A stretch of DNA of 64,000 nucleotides, from positions 18,171-82,170 of the forward strand of contig CAYWZU010000005.1 in assembly GCA_964462925.1 (NCBI GenBank), written 5' to 3'. Source of the DNA: an uncultured bacterium. Lineage in GTDB: Bacteria > Chlamydiota > Chlamydiia > Chlamydiales > FEN-1388. Below are positions 52,583 to 61,091 of this stretch, piece by piece (the stretch's first letter is position 1; every line of letters starts with the position of its first letter). The notes under the pieces were generated by a model that saw nothing but the letters and a program-made list of their open reading frames with translations, was not told where the DNA came from and did no database searches. The position numbers and the translations under genes are program-made.

Positions 52583-53522
52583 AATTAAGCAAATAGATGT
52601 AGAGTATCGGCTAAAAGATGCCCGTTTTTTAGCGCTCAGGGATTTAGACCTTGAAGGATACTTAGGAGAAACATTAGGAGTAGTAGGTGAAAGCGGCTGC
52701 GGCAAGTCAACCCTTGCTAAAACCCTCATGTGCATACAATCTCCGGCACATGGAAAGGTTTTTTTTGACGGAAAAGAGCTTACCAATTTAGCACCTCGAG
52801 AGCTGAGATCAGCTACCCGTTCGATGCAGATGATTTTTCAAGACCCAGATGCTTCCCTAAATCCTCGCATGAAGGTTGAAGGCCACTTAAAAGAGGCAAT
52901 CCAAACCTCTAAAGTAAGCTACGAAGGCACACTTGAGCAATATATCTATAAGCTTCTCGATATGGTGCAACTTCCGCACTCTGTAGCCAAAATGTATCCC
53001 TACCAGCTAAGCGGCGGCCAAAAGCAGCGTGTAAGTATTGCAAGGGCGCTTAGCGTAAAGCCAAAGCTTTTGATCTGCGATGAACCGCTCTCTTCACTTG
53101 ACGTCTCAGTTGTTGCCCAGATCATTCTCCTCCTTAAAAAAATCCAAAAAGAGCAGGGCATATCGCTTCTCTTTATTACACACGATCTTGCAACGCTTCG
53201 CTACCTAGCCCATAGGCTTGTAGTCCTTTATCTCGGCCGTGTTATGGAGCTTGCATCTGCTGAAGAACTCTTTAAAAATCCTCTTCATCCCTATACGCAA
53301 GCTCTTATGGCAAGCATTCCTGTGCCAGATCCAGAAGCGCAGTCAGAGGATGCAAAACTCTGCATCGTAGGAGATCCTCCGTCAATAGTTGAGCCTCCAG
53401 CAGGCTGCGTCTTTCATACTCGATGCCCCCATGCGACTGAAGCCTGCAGGCATATTGTTCCGCGAACTAAAGAAGTAAAGCCCGATCACTTCGTTGCATG
53501 TCACCTCTATAATCATAATTAA
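52566..53522 (+). CDS. oppF: Oligopeptide ABC transporter ATP-binding protein
   Basis: 318 aa with Walker A GESGCGKST, signature LSGGQKQR and Walker B LLICDEPLSSLD. It overlaps oppD by 17 nt. Confidence 0.9.
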   Translation: MSPLFEIKQIDVEYRLKDARFLALRDLDLEGYLGETLGVVGESGCGKSTLAKTLMCIQSPAHGKVFFDGKELTNLAPRELRSATRSMQMIFQDPDASLNPRMKVEGHLKEAIQTSKVSYEGTLEQYIYKLLDMVQLPHSVAKMYPYQLSGGQKQRVSIARALSVKPKLLICDEPLSSLDVSVVAQIILLLKKIQKEQGISLLFITHDLATLRYLAHRLVVLYLGRVMELASAEELFKNPLHPYTQALMASIPVPDPEAQSEDAKLCIVGDPPSIVEPPAGCVFHTRCPHATEACRHIVPRTKEVKPDHFVACHLYNHN

Positions 53523-53532
53523 GGAAAATAGT

Positions 53533-55521
53533 ATGGACCCAATGGAAATCACCGCCTTCTACGCAGCTTCACATCCACACCCAGCCCAGGCTAGCGCACC
53601 CCCTCCAGCACAAAGAGAGCTCTTTACTACAAATGATTCAATGATAGTCGTTGAAGGTCTTGATGAGGTGAAGCGATCTGTAGATGAGCTTGCAAACCAA
53701 GTAAGCATTGCCTTTCATTACCTCAATCAAAAGCGTGCAGATATAAATAAAATTGCCGAAACTCATAATGCGTTGGCAAAATCGCTAGATGTTGCTGTTG
53801 AGAGTGCTTCAGAGGCTTGGAAAAATCCGCCGAAAGTATGTCCAGCTTCAGATTTAGACATTGCTGCAGCACTTATCGATAAGCTCTACTATAAAACCTT
53901 ATATGACATTCTCGTAGTAGACGCAAAAAAGCTCGCCTTTGAGCTTAGAGATAATGAAAAGCAATATGAACTTAAGCGCCTTAAAGAAGTAGTTGCAGCC
54001 TGCGATGCGATGACAAAAGATACTACAGCCTCTTTAACCGCTGTCACTGATGAAGAACGGGAGTTTATCGACATCACCTCTTGCACTTTAAAAAAACAGG
54101 AGCAACTCAAAGATCCTGCCCCTATGTCTTCACTCGATGATGTCGATATACCTAAAGAATATAACTTTCGTACAGGCGATCAATGGATGCAAACAGCATG
54201 GGTTGTTGGCTATTCACATATCACAGGCACTATCAACTACCTCACAAGCGTCGCCCATAGACTCCACAAACTTTCTAGAGACTTACGAGAAGATATGAAG
54301 ATAGCTTCTTGCGGCACACTGCGAGCAAATGAAGAGCTCTTAGTAAAATGCGATGAACTAGAAGGAATACTTACCTCTTATGTTGCTGTCTTGAAGACAA
54401 AGCCGCATTCAAAACAAAACCATGCAGGATGGTACTATCTAAGAGGGCTTCTCGCTCAGCTCAGAGCGACGAAAGCTGCAGCAGTCGCCTTTGATAAAAT
54501 GAAAAATGAAGCATTTGGCACTCGCGCTAAGATTACTGGAAAGCTTGTCTTATGCGTAAAGCAAGAAGCGAGCCTTTACCACCTCTACGAAGCGGCTGAA
54601 ATCGCAAGTGTACATGCAAAAGAGATGCCAGACTTTAAAGAGCTGATTGGCATAATTGGCCAAAAGAGGCTAGCACTATCTGATCATGAGAAAAAACTCC
54701 CAGTACAGGCTTTTGCCTCTCTTGCAGTTTCACAAGATGAGCTTTCAAGCTATCTCATGAAGGGTTTCATTAGGGCGATCTATTTCTCTGAAACTTGTGA
54801 TCCAGAATTCAAACTTGTCGTTGCAAAGTGCTCCACTACACCGCAATTTGAAGCATGCATAAACCGATCTAATGAGCTCTCGCGACTTTATGAACACTTT
54901 AAGCGAATTTATGGAGAAAGCGAGCACAAAGAACTTTTGCACATACTCGGGCTTTTGTATACCCCTCGGCCACTTGCTACAGCCCCTGAGCTACTTAAAC
55001 TTGATCGCTTTATGCGCTTTTATCAAGCTTCAAGAGAGCTTGAAGAATGCAGAATCATTCAAAAGAAACCAAATCCTCGTATCGAATATGCACAAGCAGT
55101 ACTCACTCATATGAAAGTTGAGTGGGTGGATGCGCTTGTTTGCAAAAGAACACCAACAGAGCTCTATGAGATTCTCTACACAAGATTCTTTGACCCAAAC
55201 GAAGAAAAGCGAAGTGCAGCAGATGAAATGATAAGCCGAGCGATACTTGGCAAGATTCAAGCAACGCATGTTGTCTTGGCACTTCTCTACCGCTGGGTGC
55301 TAGAGCAGCATGTCCAAAGCGTAAAAGAGCCTGTTAATGCAGTTGTTGGCTTTTTGCAAAGCCTCACAATAACAGAGGCTGAAGTAAAGCAAATAGGTCG
55401 CCGAGACTCATTATTTCAACAACTTGCCAGAGAATATGAGCAAGATGCAATCTGGAAGGCTTTCTTCAACCTTCAGTATGGGGAAGAATACATGAAAAAA
55501 GCCTTTACTCAGCCCAAATAA
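53533..55521 (+). CDS. Large hypothetical protein (orphan), alpha-helical
   Basis: 662 aa from the ATG that lies 7 nt after AAGGA. It sits directly downstream of oppF and I recognised no motif. Confidence 0.55.
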   Translation: MDPMEITAFYAASHPHPAQASAPPPAQRELFTTNDSMIVVEGLDEVKRSVDELANQVSIAFHYLNQKRADINKIAETHNALAKSLDVAVESASEAWKNPPKVCPASDLDIAAALIDKLYYKTLYDILVVDAKKLAFELRDNEKQYELKRLKEVVAACDAMTKDTTASLTAVTDEEREFIDITSCTLKKQEQLKDPAPMSSLDDVDIPKEYNFRTGDQWMQTAWVVGYSHITGTINYLTSVAHRLHKLSRDLREDMKIASCGTLRANEELLVKCDELEGILTSYVAVLKTKPHSKQNHAGWYYLRGLLAQLRATKAAAVAFDKMKNEAFGTRAKITGKLVLCVKQEASLYHLYEAAEIASVHAKEMPDFKELIGIIGQKRLALSDHEKKLPVQAFASLAVSQDELSSYLMKGFIRAIYFSETCDPEFKLVVAKCSTTPQFEACINRSNELSRLYEHFKRIYGESEHKELLHILGLLYTPRPLATAPELLKLDRFMRFYQASRELEECRIIQKKPNPRIEYAQAVLTHMKVEWVDALVCKRTPTELYEILYTRFFDPNEEKRSAADEMISRAILGKIQATHVVLALLYRWVLEQHVQSVKEPVNAVVGFLQSLTITEAEVKQIGRRDSLFQQLAREYEQDAIWKAFFNLQYGEEYMKKAFTQPK

Positions 55522-55608
55522 TCCGCTTTGTAACAATAATTTGCAGCACCCAAGGCTTTTTATGTTGTTTTGACCTGCCGCCGCAGGCGATCTTGTCTAC
55601 CCTGCTAG

Positions 55609-57264
55609 TTAAGAACTTCTAAGGAGCGTGAGCGATATTGGGACGCTGTCAGTAATCTCCCTTGGTCCAAAGTACTGCATAGGTCCTGGCTGGCTGTATT
55701 GGTCCTTCAAGCGCCAGGAAGCTCTTTTTGCGCTAAAGTCTAAAAAGGCTTTGCCTTTTAGATCGACAAGGGCCTTTTGGATTACGGCCTTTGGCTTTCC
55801 TTCCCTTTCTTCTACCACAAGCATTGAAATGATCGGTGTAGCCTTTGGTTCCCACTCCTCAGGGCCTTTTACAAGGCCGCCAAATGATGCAATATAGCCG
55901 CTTCTTTGCCGTGCGACAAGAAGAGCAGCTAGTCTTCCTAGACTGTAGCAGTAATTTGCATCAAAATTGGAGGGAAGGCACGATCTTCCTTCATAGCCAA
56001 AAAAGAGGGGCTGAGCCGAAAATTTGATTGAAGGATCTGCCTTTTTCACCTCTTGAGCCGTAAGCTGCATCAAAAGCCTCTCGCTATCGATCTTTGATAC
56101 CTGCACATTGCCATGAGGATCGCGATCAAGAAGCAGCTGCAGCTTAATATCTCGCGGCAAGATAGTAAATAGCGCTTGCATCTCTCCAGAAAGCTTTCCT
56201 GCAACAAGATTTATTTTTTCTTGCTCGTCAAAGGTGCGCTCTAGTTGCTTTGAGATATCGCTGCCTTGAGCAAGGAGGCGATTTAACTCGTGAATAAGCT
56301 CTGCTATATCTGGCATAAACTCCACGATGCCTTCAGGAATGAGAATTACGCCATAATCTTGCCCATTTCGTGAGCGCTCTCTCACAAGATCTACCAGCAT
56401 CTGGATAACATCCATAGATTTAAGCTTTTTTGCCTGCACTTCTTCACTAATGAGGGCAAGATTTGGCTGTGTAGCAAGTGCACATTCAAGTGCAATATGC
56501 GATGCAGAGCGGCCCATAAGCTTGATAAAGTAGTAGTATTTTTTAGCTGAGAGGCAATCTCGCAAAACATTGCCAATGCTCTCAGAATAGCTTTTGCAGG
56601 CAGAATCAAATCCGAAGGGAATTTCTATATCCTTATTTTGCAAATCGCCATCTATTGTCTTTGGAACACCTACCACTTGCGTGTTGCAGGCAACGCTTGC
56701 AAAGTATTCAGCTAAAAAACAGGCATTGGTATTTGAATCATCTCCCCCGACTACTACAAGGCCATCTAGCTCATTTTCTACAGCTGCATGATGCGCAGCT
56801 CTAAATTGTTCAGGAGTTTCGATTTTTGTCCTCCCGGAGCCTATCATATCAAATCCGCCCTGGTTTCTGTAGAGATCTACCATCTCCTTGGTGATTTCGA
56901 CATTTTTATTTCTAACAATGCCGCCTGGACCATTTAAAAAACCTATAAGTTTGCTTTCGGGATGAAGCTCTTGCAAGGCATCATAAAGGCCGGCAATCAC
57001 ATTATGTCCGCCTGCCGCTTGTCCGCCAGAGAGCACTACACCAACCCTTAAGGGATTCGTTGTAACATCTTTGCGAGTCAGCTGAATAGTCTTTCTATGC
57101 GCCATATGAGGAAAGCTAGGGGCAATCTGGGGATGTGCTGAAATTTCTCCTGTCTCTTGAAAATCAAGACCATCTAAATTTCGTAAACTTTCTGGAACTA
57201 TAGGTCGATATTCGAGACGCTCTCTTTGAAGGGGACTTAGCTTAAGCTCAGATTGTTGGTTCAT
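55609..57264 (-). CDS. pfp: Diphosphate--fructose-6-phosphate 1-phosphotransferase (PPi-dependent PFK)
   Basis: 551 aa, the long PPi-PFK type. It has LSGGQAAGGHNV, GGDDSNTNA, PKTIDGDL and MGRSASHIALE motifs. Confidence 0.9.
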   Translation of the reverse strand: MNQQSELKLSPLQRERLEYRPIVPESLRNLDGLDFQETGEISAHPQIAPSFPHMAHRKTIQLTRKDVTTNPLRVGVVLSGGQAAGGHNVIAGLYDALQELHPESKLIGFLNGPGGIVRNKNVEITKEMVDLYRNQGGFDMIGSGRTKIETPEQFRAAHHAAVENELDGLVVVGGDDSNTNACFLAEYFASVACNTQVVGVPKTIDGDLQNKDIEIPFGFDSACKSYSESIGNVLRDCLSAKKYYYFIKLMGRSASHIALECALATQPNLALISEEVQAKKLKSMDVIQMLVDLVRERSRNGQDYGVILIPEGIVEFMPDIAELIHELNRLLAQGSDISKQLERTFDEQEKINLVAGKLSGEMQALFTILPRDIKLQLLLDRDPHGNVQVSKIDSERLLMQLTAQEVKKADPSIKFSAQPLFFGYEGRSCLPSNFDANYCYSLGRLAALLVARQRSGYIASFGGLVKGPEEWEPKATPIISMLVVEEREGKPKAVIQKALVDLKGKAFLDFSAKRASWRLKDQYSQPGPMQYFGPREITDSVPISLTLLRSS

Positions 57265-58007
57265 AACATCTCTTTTAAAAATGAAGTTGTTTTTTCTAAT
57301 AGCTCTTCCTGTTCGCTGCTATCTGAGAAATCATGTGTAGAGTTTGCAAGAAGTAAAACCTCTGTCTGCTCACTTCTTCTTTCAAGATAGCCGTCGTGAT
57401 GATAGGAGCTCAAAATCTCGTCCTGGCACGCCCGAACAATAAGCATTGGCGTCTCTTCGAGAAGGGTTAAGGAATCTGTCAAATCAAGCTCTTTGAACTG
57501 CCTGATTGTTTCATCTGACAATTTCTGCCCCATAAAATAGATCGGCCTATTTTTATGTGCCTCTATCCACGGCTTTGCATCAAAAAGCGGACACCATAGC
57601 ACCACTGCCTTTGTACCCGTAAATCCGCTTGCAAGCTTTGTCGCAATTGCACCGCCTAGTGATCTTCCAAGAATAGCTATTCGGCTTCGATCGATAGTTG
57701 GATGGTTGAGAAGGTATTGAAGCGCGCATTGTGCATCTTCGATCTCTGTCTGAATAGTTGTGTCAGAAAAATCCCCTTCGCTATCGCCAGATCCTCTAAA
57801 GTCAATACGAAAAGAGGCAATACCGGCCTCTGATAACTTCTCAGCCTGTCTAACGGAGAGCCTGAACTTGCCGCTTTTATTGCCTCCAAAACCATGGCAA
57901 AAAAGCACAGCAGGAACCTTGTTTTTTGCCTCTTTTGGCATGTGCAAGATGCCAAAGATTTTGAGGCCGCCAGAAATAAGCTCGACACTCACCCTCTCTT
58001 CTTTCAT
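57261..58007 (-). CDS. Alpha/beta hydrolase
   Basis: 248 aa with the HGFGGN oxyanion region and the nucleophile elbow GRSLGG. It overlaps pfp by 4 nt. Confidence 0.75.
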   Translation of the reverse strand: MKEERVSVELISGGLKIFGILHMPKEAKNKVPAVLFCHGFGGNKSGKFRLSVRQAEKLSEAGIASFRIDFRGSGDSEGDFSDTTIQTEIEDAQCALQYLLNHPTIDRSRIAILGRSLGGAIATKLASGFTGTKAVVLWCPLFDAKPWIEAHKNRPIYFMGQKLSDETIRQFKELDLTDSLTLLEETPMLIVRACQDEILSSYHHDGYLERRSEQTEVLLLANSTHDFSDSSEQEELLEKTTSFLKEML

Positions 58008-58231
58008 ATCCTCATCTCAAGAACGGAGATTTTTATACGAGGTTCGAATTGAAGAGAAAACCGGCGATTCTTTCTTCTTTTTCGTCTGATGATAGCAATG
58101 ACTTTTGTGCCATCTAAAGTAGTTAATTTCTGTACTACAGCATAGCGTGTGACCGTCTGCTTCTTCCGGTTTTGTTTCGGAAGATGCGGTATGCGTACAA
58201 GCTTTAGATGATCGAGCCCTGTAATGAACAT
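58004..58231 (-). CDS. Small basic hypothetical protein
   Basis: 75 aa, Lys/Arg-rich (IIRRKRRKNRR). It overlaps the hydrolase gene by 4 nt. Coding status is uncertain. Confidence 0.3.
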   Translation of the reverse strand: MFITGLDHLKLVRIPHLPKQNRKKQTVTRYAVVQKLTTLDGTKVIAIIRRKRRKNRRFSLQFEPRIKISVLEMRI

Positions 58232-58256
58232 AATAGCCTATGCTCTTCGCAAAATG

Positions 58257-58955
58257 CTATTTTGTCAACAGGGTTTGTATCTCATCAAAAGTTTTGCAAC
58301 TCTGGCACACATCTTGCAGCTTTTGGGGATTATTAAGCAGCATGTAGATATGTGGAATGATAAGCTTAACAAGCTCTGCACGAAGCCGGATCTTTCTTCC
58401 ACAGAGGTTCTTCAATGCTATAAGAAGGGTAGAGCGCTCATTTGCTGGATACTCATGTGAGACTTGTATAATAGAGAGAGCCTCTACTGGATCTTCAAAG
58501 CAAAAGAAAAAAGCTTCAAGCTCTTTGCAAAAATCTGCACGCCCAGTTTCTAAAACTGAAAGAAGAAGTGATTTGAGAGATGCTTCATGATCCAAATTTT
58601 TGCAAAAACCTAAAATCTGCTCTAAACTTTTATTTGGTGCTACTACATCTCTAAATGCCTCAACTCTTTCGAGAATCTCCATCTTTGCATGAAGCATTTG
58701 GAGATAGTGCAGGGCAAGATCCTTCCAGTACGCCGTTTCCTCGCCTTTTTTCTCTAGCATAAGCATTGAAGAAAGAGCCTGTTCTTTTAGATATCTGAGA
58801 TCCTCTTGTAGCTCTGTAGATACTTTCGCAAAGAGAGCCCCATAGCGATCATCCCCTGTTTTGCTCATTTCTAAAACAGCTGGAGGTAATTCGTTTTCCG
58901 GGAAACTAGTTGTGATACTATGAAGTGATGCCATTGGTATATTTCCAGCGTCCAT
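58257..58955 (-). CDS. Hypothetical protein
   Basis: 232 aa, helical, with no recognised motif. Its 5' end overlaps ychJ. Confidence 0.5.
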   Translation of the reverse strand: MDAGNIPMASLHSITTSFPENELPPAVLEMSKTGDDRYGALFAKVSTELQEDLRYLKEQALSSMLMLEKKGEETAYWKDLALHYLQMLHAKMEILERVEAFRDVVAPNKSLEQILGFCKNLDHEASLKSLLLSVLETGRADFCKELEAFFFCFEDPVEALSIIQVSHEYPANERSTLLIALKNLCGRKIRLRAELVKLIIPHIYMLLNNPQKLQDVCQSCKTFDEIQTLLTK

Positions 58956-59271
58956 CTATCTTTTCAAAGCGGCTTTTTTCTGTAAAGGAGACATCCTTGC
59001 CGTCTCTTGTAAGATGTGCTGTAAAGGTAACAAAGTTTGCCTTTGCCTCTCTGATTGTAAGCCCATCAAAAGAGGTGTTTGTTGCAAAATCCTCAAGCTC
59101 TTCAATACTACCCATGTTGGCTGTAGCTGTTTCTCTGATATAGTCAAACTTTTTGAGAGCAAATGCGCTATACCTCGATCGCATAAGAAGCAGCGGGGTG
59201 GGCGCGGGCTTTCCATCGTGAAAGGGCTTGCAGCAGACTACGTAGTCCTTTCCGCTATGACAGGGGCACAT
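58918..59271 (-). CDS. ychJ: YchJ-family protein (SEC-C metal-binding motif plus NTF2-like domain)
   Basis: 117 aa. MCPCHSGKDYVVCC, LMRSRYSAF and EKSRFEKIDGRWKY match E. coli YchJ CPCGSA..Y..CC, LMRSRYCAF and ERSRFLKENGQWYY. Confidence 0.85.
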   Translation of the reverse strand: MCPCHSGKDYVVCCKPFHDGKPAPTPLLLMRSRYSAFALKKFDYIRETATANMGSIEELEDFATNTSFDGLTIREAKANFVTFTAHLTRDGKDVSFTEKSRFEKIDGRWKYTNGITS

Positions 59272-59683
59272 CTTGTCTCAGCTCTTTTATCTCTTTACGA
59301 TGGCGTTTACCCTCGAGCACTTTTTCCTGGGCGCGTTTTGTACGCTTTCTTTTTTGGCGCCGTTTTTTTTCGATGAGCGCCTGCTTTTCTGTTTTAATTT
59401 TCAGTATGTCGGACTCGATCTTTTCGCAAAGCTCACGTCTTGCAAAAAAACGGTTCATCTCTCGCGAACGATCCTTTTGACACTTTACCTCCGTGCCGGT
59501 AGGAATGTGTTTTAGATAGACGCAGCTTGAGGTCTTTTGCAGATTTTGGCCGCCGCGGCCAGATCCTAGGATAAACTTTTCGATAAGATCTTCTTCGCGG
59601 ATGCCAAGGGAGAGCATCTTTTCAGCAAGATCATCTTGTTTTTCTTTGCTAATCATAGACGACATTGTATAGAAGATGTACAT
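59255..59683 (-). CDS. GGQ-motif peptidyl-tRNA hydrolase domain protein (class I release factor-like, ArfB-like)
   Basis: 142 aa with GSGRGGQNLQKTSSCVYLKH and a basic tail KKRRQKRKRTKRAQEK. The start could also be the ATG at 59665 or 59656. Confidence 0.7.
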   Translation of the reverse strand: MYIFYTMSSMISKEKQDDLAEKMLSLGIREEDLIEKFILGSGRGGQNLQKTSSCVYLKHIPTGTEVKCQKDRSREMNRFFARRELCEKIESDILKIKTEKQALIEKKRRQKRKRTKRAQEKVLEGKRHRKEIKELRQDVPLS

Positions 59684-59691
59684 ATAGTACT

Positions 59692-60312
59692 ATGATCATC
59701 GATTGTATTTCTGACCTTCATGGATATTGTCCTCCTCTTCCTGGAGGTGATCTGCTTCTTATTACTGGCGATCTCACCGCTCGAGACACTGTTGAGGGAT
59801 ACCAGGCATTTATGGAGTGGCTTAAAAAAGCACCCTATACACATAAGGTGGTAATCGCTGGAAACCATGATGGCCTTGTAGAAAAAAGGACTGTTTCCCT
59901 CAGTGCCCCAGAACAGAATATCCACTACCTCGAAGATTCACAAATTGTGGTAGATGGGCTAAAAATTTGGGGATCTCCCTACACTCCAGAATTTATGTCC
60001 TGGCACTTTATGTGCAGTCGAGGTATGGACATAAAAAAGCACTGGCAATTAATACCCTCTGGGATCGATATCTTACTTACACACGGTCCCCCTTTAGGGA
60101 TATTTGACAAAAACTTGCAGGGCGAGCCGGTAGGATGCATCGATCTTTTAGATGAGGTTCAGAAGAGAATTAAGCCGCGACTTCATGTCTTTGGCCACAT
60201 TCATGAAGAAGCTGGGAAGATGCAAACCATTGATGGCATAACATTTGTTAATTGCAGCTTTGTCGACCCAAAGTATCGTCCTATACATAAACCAATGAGG
60301 ATAGTCCTATGA
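59692..60312 (+). CDS. Calcineurin-like metallophosphoesterase
   Basis: It has ISDLHG, GDLTARD, AGNHD, LLTHGPP and VFGHIHE motifs in the canonical order. The ATG at 59692 is preferred to the ORF-track start at 59665. Confidence 0.8.
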   Translation: MIIDCISDLHGYCPPLPGGDLLLITGDLTARDTVEGYQAFMEWLKKAPYTHKVVIAGNHDGLVEKRTVSLSAPEQNIHYLEDSQIVVDGLKIWGSPYTPEFMSWHFMCSRGMDIKKHWQLIPSGIDILLTHGPPLGIFDKNLQGEPVGCIDLLDEVQKRIKPRLHVFGHIHEEAGKMQTIDGITFVNCSFVDPKYRPIHKPMRIVL

Positions 60313-60947
60313 AGCGATTGATCCTGCTGCTTCTTACCCTATCTTGCTCGTTACATGGTGTTGAAGAGGTATCACCTACGGAAGATCTCATGAGAGAGCA
60401 TGGCCTTCTCAACCGTATATTGCTCATTTATGAAAACATCATTTCAAGAATTGATACTTTCCAAACCTTTCCGGTACAAGCAGTTGAAAAGTCCGCAAAA
60501 CTGGTAAAAAGTTTTATAGAAGAGTACCACGAAAAGCTCGAAGAAGAACATATTTTTCCTCGGCTTGAAAAAGCAAATCGCCTCGTCGAGCTTGTCAAAA
60601 CCCTTAAAGAGCAGCACAACGCAGGAAAAAAGCTTACAGACTACATCATCAACCATGCAACCGATCAAGAGCTAAAAAATGCTCCTGCGTTAAAAAGACT
60701 GCGAGATACGATGCAGGAGTTTATTACCATGTATCGCCCCCATGAAGCCCGCGAAGATACGATTCTCTTTCCAGAATTTAAGAAGATAGTCAGCACAAAA
60801 GAATACAATGAGCTTGGCGATATCTTTGAAGACAAAGAGCATCAGCTATTTGGTAAAAAAGGCTTTGAGAAAATTGTAGAAGACGTTGAAGCCATAGAAA
60901 AAGAGCTGGGCATCTACAACCTTTCTCAGTACACGCCGAAGAATTAA
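60309..60947 (+). CDS. Exported hemerythrin-like (HHE cation-binding) domain protein
   Basis: 212 aa with the signal/lipobox LLTLSC. It has spaced His/Glu pairs (LMREHGLLNRIL, HEKLEEEHIFP, HEAREDTILFPEF). Confidence 0.6.
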   Translation: MKRLILLLLTLSCSLHGVEEVSPTEDLMREHGLLNRILLIYENIISRIDTFQTFPVQAVEKSAKLVKSFIEEYHEKLEEEHIFPRLEKANRLVELVKTLKEQHNAGKKLTDYIINHATDQELKNAPALKRLRDTMQEFITMYRPHEAREDTILFPEFKKIVSTKEYNELGDIFEDKEHQLFGKKGFEKIVEDVEAIEKELGIYNLSQYTPKN

Positions 60948-61091
60948 ATTATTAAGACTAATCTTAGTTTTGTTTCTAATTCATTAAAACAGAGTGTCTT
61001 TCTTTATTACTTATTAATTATATAATAATTTTTATTCAAATTAATTTATTTTTCGTTTACTTTAAGGAAAAGAAGAAAATGAATAAACCCC

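Noticed and set aside
52193-52786. A 197-aa ORF antisense across the oppD/oppF junction.
   Set aside because: It lies opposite two strongly supported ABC ATPase genes and has no motifs. It is typical shadow-ORF length for this GC content.
55574-55587. A CCTGC-cgcc-GCAGG hairpin between the convergent orphan gene and pfp, considered as a terminator.
   Set aside because: The stem is only 5 bp and there is no flanking T- or A-tract. That is too weak to call.
58004-58231. A small basic ORF, considered as a toxin-antitoxin toxin (RelE/HigB-like) or a ribosomal-like protein.
   Set aside because: There is no partner antitoxin ORF and I recognised no RelE, HigB or HicA motifs. I kept it only as a low-confidence hypothetical CDS.
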